A DNA stretch of 64,000 nucleotides from Armatimonadota bacterium (GCA_963677485.1 OY781964.1:448001-512000); one strand, 5' to 3'; shown: positions 17,361 to 27,619, counted from the first letter of the stretch. The notes: a model not told the origin generated them from the letters alone. Translations and numbers: made by a program.

Positions 17361-18731
17361 CTACCCAAACTGCGGCAGATACTGCGCCTGCACGGCCAGC
17401 AGATCATCCGCCAGCGCGTAAGCCTGCTGCACGGATTCCACCGCGCCGTCAAGGATCAGCGCCTGCACGAACTTCTCGCGGCTGCCTTCCAGAGCGGCCT
17501 CTACCACGGTCTCTACCCACAACATACGTGTGGCCAGGGAGCCGGCGATGCCCGAAGATAACGGCCGCTGTTGAATGGGTTCCAGGCCGTTTTTGCTGGC
17601 CACAGCCGGGCACTCCACCACAGATCCTAGCGGTAGGTTAGGAATCTGACCCGTGTTGGGCAGGTTCGCGGAGAACACGGTGCCAGAATCGGTACGGATG
17701 CTGTGTATGATGTCGATCACCTGTTCATGCTCCCCGCCGGTGCTGTCATGCATGGTCCGAGGCAGAGGCTCTGGAGATTCAGCGATGCGGCGCATCTCGG
17801 CGAATTCGGCGTCGCCATACGCGATGGTTTCCTGAAATGAGTAGGCCTCTACACCCAGCGTCACGCCGTAGTAGCTGCCCTTGCGGTGGAACATCGGCGC
17901 AAAAAACTCGGTAATATGCCGGTCCAGCACCGCCGGAAAGGCTCCAAACAGCTCGGTACACTGCCAGGTGAAGGGGTTATCCACTTTTGATAGATCGACA
18001 TTCTGCGCGGTGCCGGCCTCCGCGAAGCCGCTGCCCAGAGCACTCGGGTCGACACCAGCCGCCAACCGCTCATGTGCGATCGCCTTCAGGCGCGGCATGG
18101 CGTCCACGCCGTTGATGCTTACCTCGGTAAACCAGGTCAGGTGGTTCATGCCGATGGCGGTATACTGCATCTCATCAAGGGAGCAACCCAGCGTCTGGGC
18201 GATGTAATGTGACACATGGTTCACCCCATGGCACAGCCCGATCACCTTCACGTCGGTCGCTTTCCGTATCGCGCGGCAGATCGGCCCCATCGGGTTCGAA
18301 TAGTTGAGGAACAGCGCGTCCGGCGCCAGCTCAGCCGCATCTTGAGCGATGGCCACCATGGCCGGGATCATCCGCAGCGCGCGAGAGCTGCCGCCAGGCA
18401 TCACCGAGTCGCCCACAGGCTGGTAGATGCCGTGTTTGCGGGGCACGAACACGTCCTGCTCCCAAGCTTTGCGCCCCCCTACCCCCACCGTGCAGATGAT
18501 CGCGGTAGCACCCACAAACACATCTCGCCGGTCGGTGGACGCACGCAGGCTGATGGGAGCCTGTTCCGCGTCTATCAGCTTTCGGACGAACCCCTCGGCC
18601 ACAGCCAGTGAATCGGCGTTGGTATCCACGAGTGCCAGATCACAGGGCCGCCCCTGGCGGATGATGTCGGCAACCAATCCTCTGGTGAACGACACACTGC
18701 CGGCACCAACTAGTACGTAGCTTTCCCTCAT
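17361..18731 (-). CDS. Family 4 glycoside hydrolase (NAD+/Mn2+-dependent alpha-galactosidase/alpha-glucosidase type)
   Basis: VGAGSVSF, QPVGDSVMPGG, LNYSNPM, GLCHG, GMNHLTW, NLPNTGQIPNLP and VVECPA. Confidence 0.92.
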   Translation of the reverse strand: MRESYVLVGAGSVSFTRGLVADIIRQGRPCDLALVDTNADSLAVAEGFVRKLIDAEQAPISLRASTDRRDVFVGATAIICTVGVGGRKAWEQDVFVPRKHGIYQPVGDSVMPGGSSRALRMIPAMVAIAQDAAELAPDALFLNYSNPMGPICRAIRKATDVKVIGLCHGVNHVSHYIAQTLGCSLDEMQYTAIGMNHLTWFTEVSINGVDAMPRLKAIAHERLAAGVDPSALGSGFAEAGTAQNVDLSKVDNPFTWQCTELFGAFPAVLDRHITEFFAPMFHRKGSYYGVTLGVEAYSFQETIAYGDAEFAEMRRIAESPEPLPRTMHDSTGGEHEQVIDIIHSIRTDSGTVFSANLPNTGQIPNLPLGSVVECPAVASKNGLEPIQQRPLSSGIAGSLATRMLWVETVVEAALEGSREKFVQALILDGAVESVQQAYALADDLLAVQAQYLPQFG

Positions 18732-18756
18732 TATGAAACCTCAATTCTGAAATGAT

Positions 18757-19836
18757 TTATCGGAGCTTTTTGTAGTAACCCAAGTAGTCTTGGTACCATT
18801 TGGCGGCATCGGCCCCCACTGATGGCTTGCAGAACTCGTAATATCCCCAGCAGACGATCCGCTCACAATACTCAGCAGCCAGCTCCAACTTCTGTATCAA
18901 TCGGTCGATCGGTACCGCGCGCCAGGGAAGGCCTGGAGCGGTGGAGTGATGGATCCGGCCGTAAAGCTTGATGTATTCGTCGATGCTGTCACAGACATAT
19001 TCTGCGGTCTCTACGTTGCCCCACAACTTGGTCTTGGTCTCATCGCAGGCCGCCTTCATTGCACTGAAAAACGGACGACGCTGATCCATGGTCACATACG
19101 AAAAGTGTTCCCCGCTGTCTTGAAGCATGATGATGTCAATACCGCTCTTTTTCAGCGTATCGCGCCAATGCGAGTAATATTCCTCCGGTTCGGCATACCG
19201 AAAGTCGCCAAACACCTTGTTCCGATCAAGAATAAAGAAAGGTGACAACGCCACTGGCAGCTTGGAGGCCTTCTTGCACAACTCCACGATGCCAGAATAC
19301 AGCGCGTTCTGATACACCTCGGCGTAACCCCAGCTCATATAGACCTCTTGAGGTATATACCAGGCATAAAACGCAGGGTGACCCCCGTATTTTGCTTGCA
19401 TCGCAGAGATATGTTTGCCGACCAGCTCCAGCTCGGGCTTCAGGTCGATGGTGGTATACCAGGACGGGCTCATGTTGACGTCCATGATCACTTGGACCCG
19501 CCGCTTAGCACACAGATCAAGAAGCTGCTTGATAGGATCACCGGGTGCATCAATCACCGTGGCGGTGTAGCTCAGCCAGATGAGGTTAAAGCCGATCACC
19601 CGCTGTTCCGTGAGCTCCGCCCGCAGGCGGTCTTCACTCCATGCGGCCAGATCGCCTCCGTTGATGCTCCACAGCGCACCTGAGATAGCGGGTTTGCATA
19701 TCAGTGACTTCTCTGCCGGTCGTTTGCCTGTTGATCCGGCATGACTGCAGGCTTGAATCCCAGTTGCGAGCACAGCTCCCATGGCAGTTTGCCCCATCAG
19801 ACGCAGCATTTCGCGACGATCTAGCTTTGAATGCAT
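18757..19836 (-). CDS. DUF4434-like TIM-barrel glycoside hydrolase-like protein with Tat signal
   Basis: Twin-arginine leader LDRREMLRLMG; HPAFYAWYIPQE, DIIMLQDSG and WGNVE. Confidence 0.7.
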   Translation of the reverse strand: MHSKLDRREMLRLMGQTAMGAVLATGIQACSHAGSTGKRPAEKSLICKPAISGALWSINGGDLAAWSEDRLRAELTEQRVIGFNLIWLSYTATVIDAPGDPIKQLLDLCAKRRVQVIMDVNMSPSWYTTIDLKPELELVGKHISAMQAKYGGHPAFYAWYIPQEVYMSWGYAEVYQNALYSGIVELCKKASKLPVALSPFFILDRNKVFGDFRYAEPEEYYSHWRDTLKKSGIDIIMLQDSGEHFSYVTMDQRRPFFSAMKAACDETKTKLWGNVETAEYVCDSIDEYIKLYGRIHHSTAPGLPWRAVPIDRLIQKLELAAEYCERIVCWGYYEFCKPSVGADAAKWYQDYLGYYKKLR

Positions 19837-19954
19837 CTCTACCTCAGGCACGCAAACATACGAATAATATCATTTTAATCGCTGAAATTCTGCGCGTATA
19901 GATAGAGTATACATACAGATTTAGCGTAAGTTAAGGGCCCGCAACGTTCGGCTA

Positions 19955-19983
19955 TTGAAGTGTGGCGATATGCAGGCTATGAT
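19955..19983 (+). promoter_or_regulatory. Sigma70-type promoter of the aminotransferase operon
   Basis: TTGAAG-N17-TATGAT about 50 bp upstream of the ATG at 20036. Confidence 0.5.
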
Positions 19984-20035
19984 GTATTCGTCAGCCAATT
20001 CTACCAGTAATATATGTCTACATAGAGGTGTCATC

Positions 20036-21295
20036 ATGGCAAGATCAACAACAGCTCCTATCCTTGCGATATCAGGCGGCCAGCCAGCCGTCACCATGCC
20101 GGTTCCCGCATGGCCCCAGATCGGCGAACAGGAGCTTCCCTGGATGGCGGAAGTGGTGAAGAGCGGCAACTGGAGCTGGTTTGGACAGCACGAGCAGGCT
20201 TTTTGTCAGGAATACGCCGCCTTCATCGGCACCGAGCACTGCATCTGTCTGGCCAATGGCACGGTGACCATCCAGTGCGCTCTGCAGGCGGTTGGCGTGG
20301 TGCCGGGCGATGAGGTGATCGTGCCAGGACTGACCTGGGTGGCCACGGCACAAGCGGCCATGGATATCGGGGCCAATGTGGTGCTGGTCGACATCGAACC
20401 TGAGACGCTCTGCATCGATCCTGCCGCCATCGAAGCTGCGATCACCCCGAAGACCAAAGCCATCGTGCCGGTGTATCTCTACGGATGCATGTGCGACATG
20501 GACGCCATCATGGAGATCGCAACACGACACAACCTCAAAGTCGTGGAGGATGTGGCACACCAGCATGGCAGCCGCTGGCGCGACAAAGGCGCAGGCTCCA
20601 TAGGCCACGCCGGCAGTTTTTCCTTCCAGCAATCCAAGGTTCTGACCTGCGGCGAAGGCGGGGCCGTCACCTGCAACGATGACGAAGTCTACCGCACGGT
20701 CTTTTGCCTGAAGCAGGTCGGATGGTCGCCAGACTGGCAGCCCGGCGGGCATTATGGGCACAACTACCGCATCACGGAGATGCAGTGCGTGCTGCTGCGT
20801 GGCGGTCTGAGCAGGCTTGAGAAGCAGACCGCCATCCGCGATGAGAACGCGCAGTTCGTAGCTGCGGAGCTGAGCCGAATTGGTGGGCCGCTTCGCGCTG
20901 CCAAGCGTGACCCCAGGGTGACGCGCCAGGCCTACTATGCCCAAACACTGCATTTCGACCCAGCACAAGCGGGTATCAATCGTGAGCAGTATGCAGCCGC
21001 ACTGAGTGCAGAGGGCATCGGGCTACATACACCCTACCCGCCCGTGTATCGGAGCGGGCTGCTGAACCTGTATGACAGCACCAGCCCTATCCCCTTCCGC
21101 GACCCAGCCAGCGTGCAGGACTACGCGAATCTCTGCCTGCCGAATGTGGAGCGTGCGGTCAACGAAACGGCGTTGCTGCTCTTCAACACCTCCCTTCTTG
21201 GCAACAAGACGTATATTAACCAAATCATCGCAGCCATACAGAAGGTCAACGAGCATCTCCCTGAGTTGAAACAGCACTTCGAATCTGAGCCATAG
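20036..21295 (+). CDS. DegT/DnrJ/EryC1/StrS PLP aminotransferase, StsC/BtrR (inosose aminotransferase)-like
   Basis: LAISGG, WPQ, PGDEVIVPGLTWVATA, EDVAHQHG, FSFQQSKVLTCGEGG (PLP lysine) and GHNYR. Confidence 0.9.
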   Translation: MARSTTAPILAISGGQPAVTMPVPAWPQIGEQELPWMAEVVKSGNWSWFGQHEQAFCQEYAAFIGTEHCICLANGTVTIQCALQAVGVVPGDEVIVPGLTWVATAQAAMDIGANVVLVDIEPETLCIDPAAIEAAITPKTKAIVPVYLYGCMCDMDAIMEIATRHNLKVVEDVAHQHGSRWRDKGAGSIGHAGSFSFQQSKVLTCGEGGAVTCNDDEVYRTVFCLKQVGWSPDWQPGGHYGHNYRITEMQCVLLRGGLSRLEKQTAIRDENAQFVAAELSRIGGPLRAAKRDPRVTRQAYYAQTLHFDPAQAGINREQYAAALSAEGIGLHTPYPPVYRSGLLNLYDSTSPIPFRDPASVQDYANLCLPNVERAVNETALLLFNTSLLGNKTYINQIIAAIQKVNEHLPELKQHFESEP

Positions 21296-21297
21296 GT

Positions 21298-22635
21298 ATG
21301 AGAGCAGGCTTCGGCAAAACAGACATCACCCCGCGGGTGGGTGTGGAGCTATGCGGCTTCGGGCCGTTTCTGCAGCGTCGGTCGGTGGGGGTACGCGACC
21401 GGCTGTGGGCAAAGGCAGTGGCCATAGAGCACTCAGGCAGCACGATTGTAATCGTAAGCTGCGACCTGATCGGGTTAGCACTACACACAATACCGCAGGT
21501 TCGGGAGCTGGTTCAAGAAGCCACTGGCCTGTCTACGGATTCGATCATGGTCCACTGCACGCACACCCACAGCGGACCATGCACCGCCCTATACACCGGT
21601 TGGGGTGAACGGGACAATCCGTATAACGAGATCCTGCCCAGCCGCATCGCCGATGCCTGTATTCAAGCACTCGGTAAGCTGACAGAGGCTACCATCTCAT
21701 ACGCAGAAGTGCCCTGCGAAGGAATTGGGCTGAACCGCGAGTATGACCGTGATAGCCCACCTCTCGAGGATGTTCTGAGAGACGACTGGCGACCAGCCAA
21801 ACCGGAGTTGACGGATACCAAATGCCATGTGCTGACCATACATAGCACCGATGGGCAGATGCTGGGCTTCATGAGCTATTTTGGTTGTCATCCGGTGGTC
21901 TGCTGTGAGGTGACCAGGTATATCCATGGCGATTTTGTAGGCGTCGCGACGAATATGTTGGAGCGCGAAACCCCAGGATCGATAGGCCTGTTCTTACAAG
22001 GTGCCCAGGGTGATATCAACTCCTGTGTGGTTCATAAGCCAGAGAAAGAGGCACTGCTGGCCTTGGATGTGATCGCGGCACGATATGCTCGTGCGGTACG
22101 CCAGGGTCTCTGCGATGCCAAGCCTATCAAAGTCGATGCCCTCAAGAGTTCGCATCGGATGGTGAACTTCACCCGAAAGAACCTCAGCATTGGCGACCTG
22201 CGCCAGGCACTAGACCCCGAAGAGGTGGTGATCAATACACCCGGTGCCAGCGATGATTCATCGGAGGTGCGAATGGCCGTGGTGAAGGCCGTTGCGATTC
22301 GGAAGCGTATAGCCATGATGGAGGCCGGGGTACCCACAAGCCAGCCCGTGGAGCTGCACGGGATCCGACTGGGGCCGATCTCGCTGCTCTGTTCTCCTCT
22401 GGAGATATTCCAAGCCATCAAGAACGAGGTCATCGCCAAGGCGACGTCCGTGGTGCCGCTGGTCGTGGGCATCTCAAACGGCGACATCGGGTATGCGCCT
22501 GATCGAGTCACCGCCGCCAAAGGCGGGTACGCAGCCGATATGGTGCCCATCATCGTGGGCGAGTTCCCATTTCAGGACATCCACACAGAACTGGTGCAGG
22601 AGCTGCTGGATCTGGAGAAAGAGCTTCTGGCTTAG
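21298..22635 (+). CDS. Neutral/alkaline ceramidase-like amidohydrolase
   Basis: MRAGFGKTDITP, CTHTHSGP, FGCHPV, FLQGAQGDIN and NGDIGYAP. Confidence 0.8.
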   Translation: MRAGFGKTDITPRVGVELCGFGPFLQRRSVGVRDRLWAKAVAIEHSGSTIVIVSCDLIGLALHTIPQVRELVQEATGLSTDSIMVHCTHTHSGPCTALYTGWGERDNPYNEILPSRIADACIQALGKLTEATISYAEVPCEGIGLNREYDRDSPPLEDVLRDDWRPAKPELTDTKCHVLTIHSTDGQMLGFMSYFGCHPVVCCEVTRYIHGDFVGVATNMLERETPGSIGLFLQGAQGDINSCVVHKPEKEALLALDVIAARYARAVRQGLCDAKPIKVDALKSSHRMVNFTRKNLSIGDLRQALDPEEVVINTPGASDDSSEVRMAVVKAVAIRKRIAMMEAGVPTSQPVELHGIRLGPISLLCSPLEIFQAIKNEVIAKATSVVPLVVGISNGDIGYAPDRVTAAKGGYAADMVPIIVGEFPFQDIHTELVQELLDLEKELLA

Positions 22636-22656
22636 GCCAATTCATACCAGATGCTC

Positions 22657-22871
22657 AGCCCCGCGCCTTAAAGGACGCGGCTTATTACACCGGTAGATAA
22701 TCGGTATATGGCCTCCGATTCCGCGACATCAATGTCGCGGCTGTTGATCAACAAGCCTGCTGAAGCAGTCTGGATGCGACCACCATATATCAGCCGTACA
22801 CTGACAGGGCGAAGCCCTGAGCCTGCTTCAGCAGGCTTGGCAGGTCAATAGCCATGTGCTTTAGCGCGTGG
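22657..22871. repeat. REP-like doublet between convergent genes
   Basis: CCGCGACATCAATGTCGCGGCTG...CAAGCCTGCTGAAGCAG (22721-22768) is inverted against AGCCTGCTTCAGCAGGCTTG...TAGCCATGTGCTTTAGCGCGTGG (22820-22871); an extra hairpin CCGCGCCTTAAAGGACGCGG lies at 22661-22680. Confidence 0.65.
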
Positions 22872-22952
22872 CGTGGCGGAATGTATGGATTTTTACCGCA
22901 CGACCTCAATCTATATTTGTGGGTAATCAACTGCTGATCATCACCGGAAACA

Positions 22953-25445
22953 TCACAGAGCCGCAACGCCGGCATCCTTCAGCAGCTTCACCCGAAGCTC
23001 CATGATTAGCGGCTTCTCGAGCGTGGCGAGCCGTGAGGGCACGGTAAACGCGATGTCAAGGATGTGCCCATACCCATGTGGATATTCGTAGCGGTCATAG
23101 TCATAACCGACACTCACGCCTTGAGCAAGGTCAAACTCCAGCAACAGCCCTTCTGCACGGGTGCTGCTGGCGATGATTATCCGCCCGGTGGCCTCCAACA
23201 GATCGAACCCGCCATAAGCATACCAGAAACTGCCCAGACCTTCACCCAGCGTCTGATGTGTCCACAATCCGCCCCGCCTTTCAATATGCACCACCGGCGA
23301 GTCGCCAAACGCTGCGGGCAGCATATCCAGCATCAGCGAGGAACGCAATGAGGCAGGAGAACCGTCGGAACGGCTAGCATCCAGACGCATCACACACCAC
23401 CCGTCACTCACCCTGACGTTCTTACAAACCTTCTGTTTTGGTGTGACGGCTTCGAGTTGGAGCTGCTTCGTTGCAAACTGAGTCGCCTTGTAGCCAGAAA
23501 CATAGTCGTCATTGACTATGTCACGCCAGGCGCAGTGTAACGGGTAGCTGCCGATGGTGATCATCCAGACGTCCTTCAGCGGCTTGAAGTCCGACCCCGC
23601 CAGGCGCAGATCGAACAGGTTGCCACCGACATCAGGCACCACCACCACTCTAGTCGCGGTATCCTGAAGCTGACAGGCTTTCCAGTCAACGCCCATCTTG
23701 TCGATCGCCAGCGACTGCGGGTTCAAGCGTACGCCCTCACGAAGCCCGTTGATGCCGTGCTCCACCATGATCCGCTTCGCCTCTTTGGCGTAGCGGTTGC
23801 GTAGTGTGCCGTCACTCATCGGCACCGCCCAAGTGCCTTTCTTGGCATCATACCGCCCTGCGCCGGTGAAGCCGCACCATACATCCGCCCATAAATACGC
23901 CAGCCAGAATAGCTCCAGCCGGCTGCGAGTGTCGGGCTCCTTGATAGCGTCCCTGGCCTTCTCCAGAGCGAGGTTAGCCTCGCGAACGTGCTGAGGCGAA
24001 ACATACTCGGGGGCCACCAAACCGCGATCAGCGGCCTTATTAACGTACGGATGTCCCGAGGCCACCTGGAGGTCTCGCTCCAGAACCTTCATCACGACTG
24101 CAGCTGCTGCCCCATAGTTGTCGCGCACGAACTCCTCGACTAATCGGTGAAAATCCAGACTGGGGTTCCACATCATACGTGAGTAAACCCAGGCGCGCAA
24201 ATCCATTGCCTCTGAACCGAAGGAACCACCGAACCCCGACACCTGCATGAACAGGTCGTTGCAGCCCAGCCGATGCGCCCACTGGATGTTTCTGCCGAAG
24301 GCATACAGGCACGGGGTGGGATACCAGTACTGCTCCGGCGGGTAGGCATACAGATACACCGCCACATTACGGCATATTCGCTTCCAGCCCTCCACCTGCT
24401 TGCACAGCGCGCGTGCCTCGGTGCTGGTGGCGAACGGCTTGAAGTAATTGGTCATAGCGCAGAACAGCACCACCACATTATCTCTGGCCCGCATGTTTTT
24501 AGGGGGCTCGATGGACCACGCATATGCCAGTGTTTTGACCATCCGGTTCGGGGACTCCGCAGCCAATGCGTCGGCCAGCTCATTCGCGAGTTGGATCACC
24601 AGCGAGGAAGGTACCCCGCCGTGAGCATCGTAGAAGGCCTGACATTTCGGGCAGGTGCAATATGGGCTGCCGTCGTTGAACCCCACCCAGATGGTGCTCA
24701 GCTCAGGATGCTGCCGGGCATACTCCAACCCTCTCTGCACGAGGTAAGCCCGCACATCTGGCTGCAGGCACAGGCCCCAGTTAGTGTTACCCGCAGGCGG
24801 TTGACGGTTACCATCGACCTCTGCGCACCACTCGGGATGCGCTTGTAACTGCTCCACAGGCATCTGCCGCCAGAAGGTGTGCATGTCTGGGCCTTCGGCA
24901 ACTCCGCCGCCGTAGGCCTCACCGGAGTGCCTCCACAACGCGATCGAACTCAAGCGGTTTCTGGCGCTCCACTCCGCCTCGCCACCATTGCCCACCAGGA
25001 TGCTGCGGCCACGAACAGACGGCTTGTAGCGGTAGCGGGCTGGCATACTAATGCGGTTGGTATGGGGCACTTTGGTGTAGTCGGGGCTGTAGAAGCGCAC
25101 GCCAAGTTGATGCAGCCACTCGTAGACCGCATACAGCGTGCCACGAGGCGATCCGCCGGCCAGCAGCAGCACATCACCCGAGCTCCAGATCAATATCTCG
25201 TCGCCAGCCAGCCTCCCAAACCGCTCGCGTTTCAGCGAGTCGGGCAGCCGACCGTTGAAGCCCACCGCGACCATTGGGCCGGAGACATATTCGGTCACGT
25301 TGATGGTGTCCACAGACACACCCGCCAGCAGCTCTAGATGCTTCGCCAACTCCGTCGCAGTGGTGAGCTCCGCGGGCTGCGGATGTTCCGGCAGCACGAT
25401 CACCGCATGGGCGGTACCACGTGATATCAGCTCAAGCATGCTCAT
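22953..25445 (-). CDS. DUF4838-domain putative glycoside hydrolase, no signal peptide
   Basis: GH20/GH67-like N-terminal domain (LAGGSPRGTLYAVYEWLHQLGVRFYSP), HTF, NDGSPYCTCPKC, TLAYAWS and RMMWNPS; start MSMLE overlaps the AAC(3) stop. Confidence 0.75.
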   Translation of the reverse strand: MSMLELISRGTAHAVIVLPEHPQPAELTTATELAKHLELLAGVSVDTINVTEYVSGPMVAVGFNGRLPDSLKRERFGRLAGDEILIWSSGDVLLLAGGSPRGTLYAVYEWLHQLGVRFYSPDYTKVPHTNRISMPARYRYKPSVRGRSILVGNGGEAEWSARNRLSSIALWRHSGEAYGGGVAEGPDMHTFWRQMPVEQLQAHPEWCAEVDGNRQPPAGNTNWGLCLQPDVRAYLVQRGLEYARQHPELSTIWVGFNDGSPYCTCPKCQAFYDAHGGVPSSLVIQLANELADALAAESPNRMVKTLAYAWSIEPPKNMRARDNVVVLFCAMTNYFKPFATSTEARALCKQVEGWKRICRNVAVYLYAYPPEQYWYPTPCLYAFGRNIQWAHRLGCNDLFMQVSGFGGSFGSEAMDLRAWVYSRMMWNPSLDFHRLVEEFVRDNYGAAAAVVMKVLERDLQVASGHPYVNKAADRGLVAPEYVSPQHVREANLALEKARDAIKEPDTRSRLELFWLAYLWADVWCGFTGAGRYDAKKGTWAVPMSDGTLRNRYAKEAKRIMVEHGINGLREGVRLNPQSLAIDKMGVDWKACQLQDTATRVVVVPDVGGNLFDLRLAGSDFKPLKDVWMITIGSYPLHCAWRDIVNDDYVSGYKATQFATKQLQLEAVTPKQKVCKNVRVSDGWCVMRLDASRSDGSPASLRSSLMLDMLPAAFGDSPVVHIERRGGLWTHQTLGEGLGSFWYAYGGFDLLEATGRIIIASSTRAEGLLLEFDLAQGVSVGYDYDRYEYPHGYGHILDIAFTVPSRLATLEKPLIMELRVKLLKDAGVAAL

Positions 25446-26223
25446 TGAGCCATCGTTCCCTCTCAGCCGTGTCCAGAGTGGCCAGCGGGTCAGCCAGCAA
25501 AGCGCGTACCAGCAGGCGGCGTAAATCCGCAGCATCGACGATGCGCACCGACGCCTCACCTAATCGTCCGATACGGCAGATGCCTTGCCGCAGCATCTCC
25601 GGTTCGAAGGCATCGTAGTCGCGCGAGTAGTGCCACTTGTGCAGAGCGGTGTGGGCCATAGTTAGCTGGCGGCCGTGCATGTCCGTCATCGTGATCTCCA
25701 TTGTTTTGTCTTGCAGCACGATCGGCGCACCAGAAACCTCTTCGGCGTGATGGTAGCTGGTGTTGCACTGCTGCGTGACGCCGATGAGCAGTATCTTGCC
25801 ACCCACTGAGGCCAGTTTGTCATACGGCGAGCCATACCCGCAGGGGGTGCGTACCAACTCGTGGTCTGAGGTGAACCATGAGGCATACCGCCCGAACGCC
25901 ACCACCGAATGCGTGGGGTGCAGGCTGCGGACGGCATCCGGCCTGAGGCGTGCCGTCTCCGGAATTTTGCCTGTCCAGCAGGGGCTGTTTCGGGCATCAA
26001 AGTGGGGCGGCGTCTCCGGTGAGTCGGTCACAGCACCGGTCAGCGTGGGAAACAGCACCGTGCCCTCTTGGCCGACGGACTGTAGCAGGGCATCGATGAC
26101 CGCATCAGCACCGCCTTCCACCCAGCCGATCGAGGAGAGTGAGGAGTGGACAAGCAGCTGGTCACCACGCTCTAGGCCGAGATCGGCCAGTTGGTTAGCC
26201 AGCATTTCAGTATTTACATCCAT
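25432..26223 (-). CDS. AAC(3)/YokD-family N-acetyltransferase
   Basis: LVHSSLSSIGWVEGGA, TGKIPETAR, RSLHPTHSVVAFG, GGKILLIGV and NTSYHHAEE. Confidence 0.9.
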   Translation of the reverse strand: MDVNTEMLANQLADLGLERGDQLLVHSSLSSIGWVEGGADAVIDALLQSVGQEGTVLFPTLTGAVTDSPETPPHFDARNSPCWTGKIPETARLRPDAVRSLHPTHSVVAFGRYASWFTSDHELVRTPCGYGSPYDKLASVGGKILLIGVTQQCNTSYHHAEEVSGAPIVLQDKTMEITMTDMHGRQLTMAHTALHKWHYSRDYDAFEPEMLRQGICRIGRLGEASVRIVDAADLRRLLVRALLADPLATLDTAERERWLNEHA

Positions 26224-26261
26224 GGGAATATCATATCACAGGAAGAATCACCGGCCGTAAT

Positions 26262-26348
26262 TTAAACATAATACGGCGTACCAGCCTGCCCCGATAACAA
26301 CACGGCGATGGCAAAGGTCAGAATCCATGAAATCTTTGAGGATATCAT
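26262..26348 (-). pseudogene. 28-aa ORF that is essentially only a signal peptide (MISSKISWILTFAIAVLLSGQAGTPYYV); probable gene remnant
   Basis: Translated by hand; purine-rich RBS GAAGGGAAG; n/h/c-region architecture, then TAA. Confidence 0.35.
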
Positions 26349-26383
26349 CTTCAGCTTCCCTTCGTCATCGCCGTCAGTTATAT

Positions 26384-27619
26384 TTACGCGCCAACCTCTT
26401 CCATGGCGATTTCCGCCCACCGCCATAGCCGCTGCGGCTGATACCGCACCGTGCTGATGTCCTTCAGGATGAGCTCCAGCGGGCAGCCGTATTTGCGGCA
26501 GACCTCTACGGTGGCGCGCAGATGCTTCCGTACCTCGGCTTCATCGAAGTCACCCCACGCCAGCAAGGCGGGATTGGGTTTTCGGGAGTACACGTAGCTT
26601 TTTCCTATCTCAGAGGCGCCGCGCTCCTCATCAACCCAGGGGCTCATGGACACTTTGCGCAGATGCGGGATGCGTCGCACCTGATCCATCTTCCGGTCTA
26701 ATGGGTCACAGCAGCCATAATAGACAAGTCCGAAACGCTCGAACAGCGGCATACAGACATCGATCTCAAACTCGCCGAACATGGCAGGTGAGACCGTGGA
26801 GAACATCTGAGCCAGACCAAACATCCAGATATCCTGGGTGCGCGGCTTGGCTGGATTGAACCCTGGCGCGGGCAGATCGTCACTATACGCGCCGGTGCAG
26901 TGGATGAGTGACTGACTGTGGCACAGCACACCGAGCTCTTCGGCTTGATCTAGCATCGTCATGTAGCTGCGCACGATACGGGTGGCCATCTCAAGCATGT
27001 ACTCGGGGCGGTCACAGATGGTATACAACGCATCCTGCACGCTCATCATGAAGGAGATGGGGTCCCACACCGACAGATACGGATCCAGCCCCTGCTCGAA
27101 TATCTCCAACTCGCCATCGAAGAGCTCATGAGCCATTTCCAGTCGGCGGGCTGTCTCCGCTTCCAGGTGCGTCACTTTAGCCATCTGTATCTTGTCCAGG
27201 TCGGCATCGGTGGTGAACTGGTTCTTGAAGGCATGACCGACCACGCTGTTCGTGGGATCGCCAACCGCCACCTCTTCAACAGTACCCACGCCTAAGCCTG
27301 TGTTCTGCACCGCTTTGGCCACGCGGATGAAAGGCTCGATGACCATATCCACGCGGAAGTGGTTCCACTGGTAGAGGCTCTGACGCATGAACAGCTCGTA
27401 TCCGCGGCATTCGGCGTCCTCACACTGCAGAGTGAGTTCGTCGTTCACGTTCATCTCGTTCCAACAGACCTGGTCAGTCATCACCATAGGGCGTGTCTCT
27501 TTCAGCCCGTTCAACTTGCGCCACATTGCACGCTTTTGCTCCTGCGCTGGCAGGGCGGCGATCTCGGCCATCTGGGCGGCCAGGCTGCGGATTATCGATT
27601 TATCATGACTACTTGGCAT
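26384..27619 (-). CDS. URO-D/MtaA-fold TIM-barrel protein (YGCC subfamily), function unknown
   Basis: W..LNGL...RPMV, AQMFSTVSP, YYGCCDPL, SMSPW, SRKPNPA and LILKDISTV; paralog of 29638..30858. Confidence 0.7.
   Translation of the reverse strand: MPSSHDKSIIRSLAAQMAEIAALPAQEQKRAMWRKLNGLKETRPMVMTDQVCWNEMNVNDELTLQCEDAECRGYELFMRQSLYQWNHFRVDMVIEPFIRVAKAVQNTGLGVGTVEEVAVGDPTNSVVGHAFKNQFTTDADLDKIQMAKVTHLEAETARRLEMAHELFDGELEIFEQGLDPYLSVWDPISFMMSVQDALYTICDRPEYMLEMATRIVRSYMTMLDQAEELGVLCHSQSLIHCTGAYSDDLPAPGFNPAKPRTQDIWMFGLAQMFSTVSPAMFGEFEIDVCMPLFERFGLVYYGCCDPLDRKMDQVRRIPHLRKVSMSPWVDEERGASEIGKSYVYSRKPNPALLAWGDFDEAEVRKHLRATVEVCRKYGCPLELILKDISTVRYQPQRLWRWAEIAMEEVGA

Noticed and set aside
25432-26223. Bona fide aminoglycoside resistance gene aac(3)
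   Set aside because: It has only family-level YokD-like motifs, sits in a chromosomal catabolic operon and has no mobile context, so resistance cannot be claimed from sequence.
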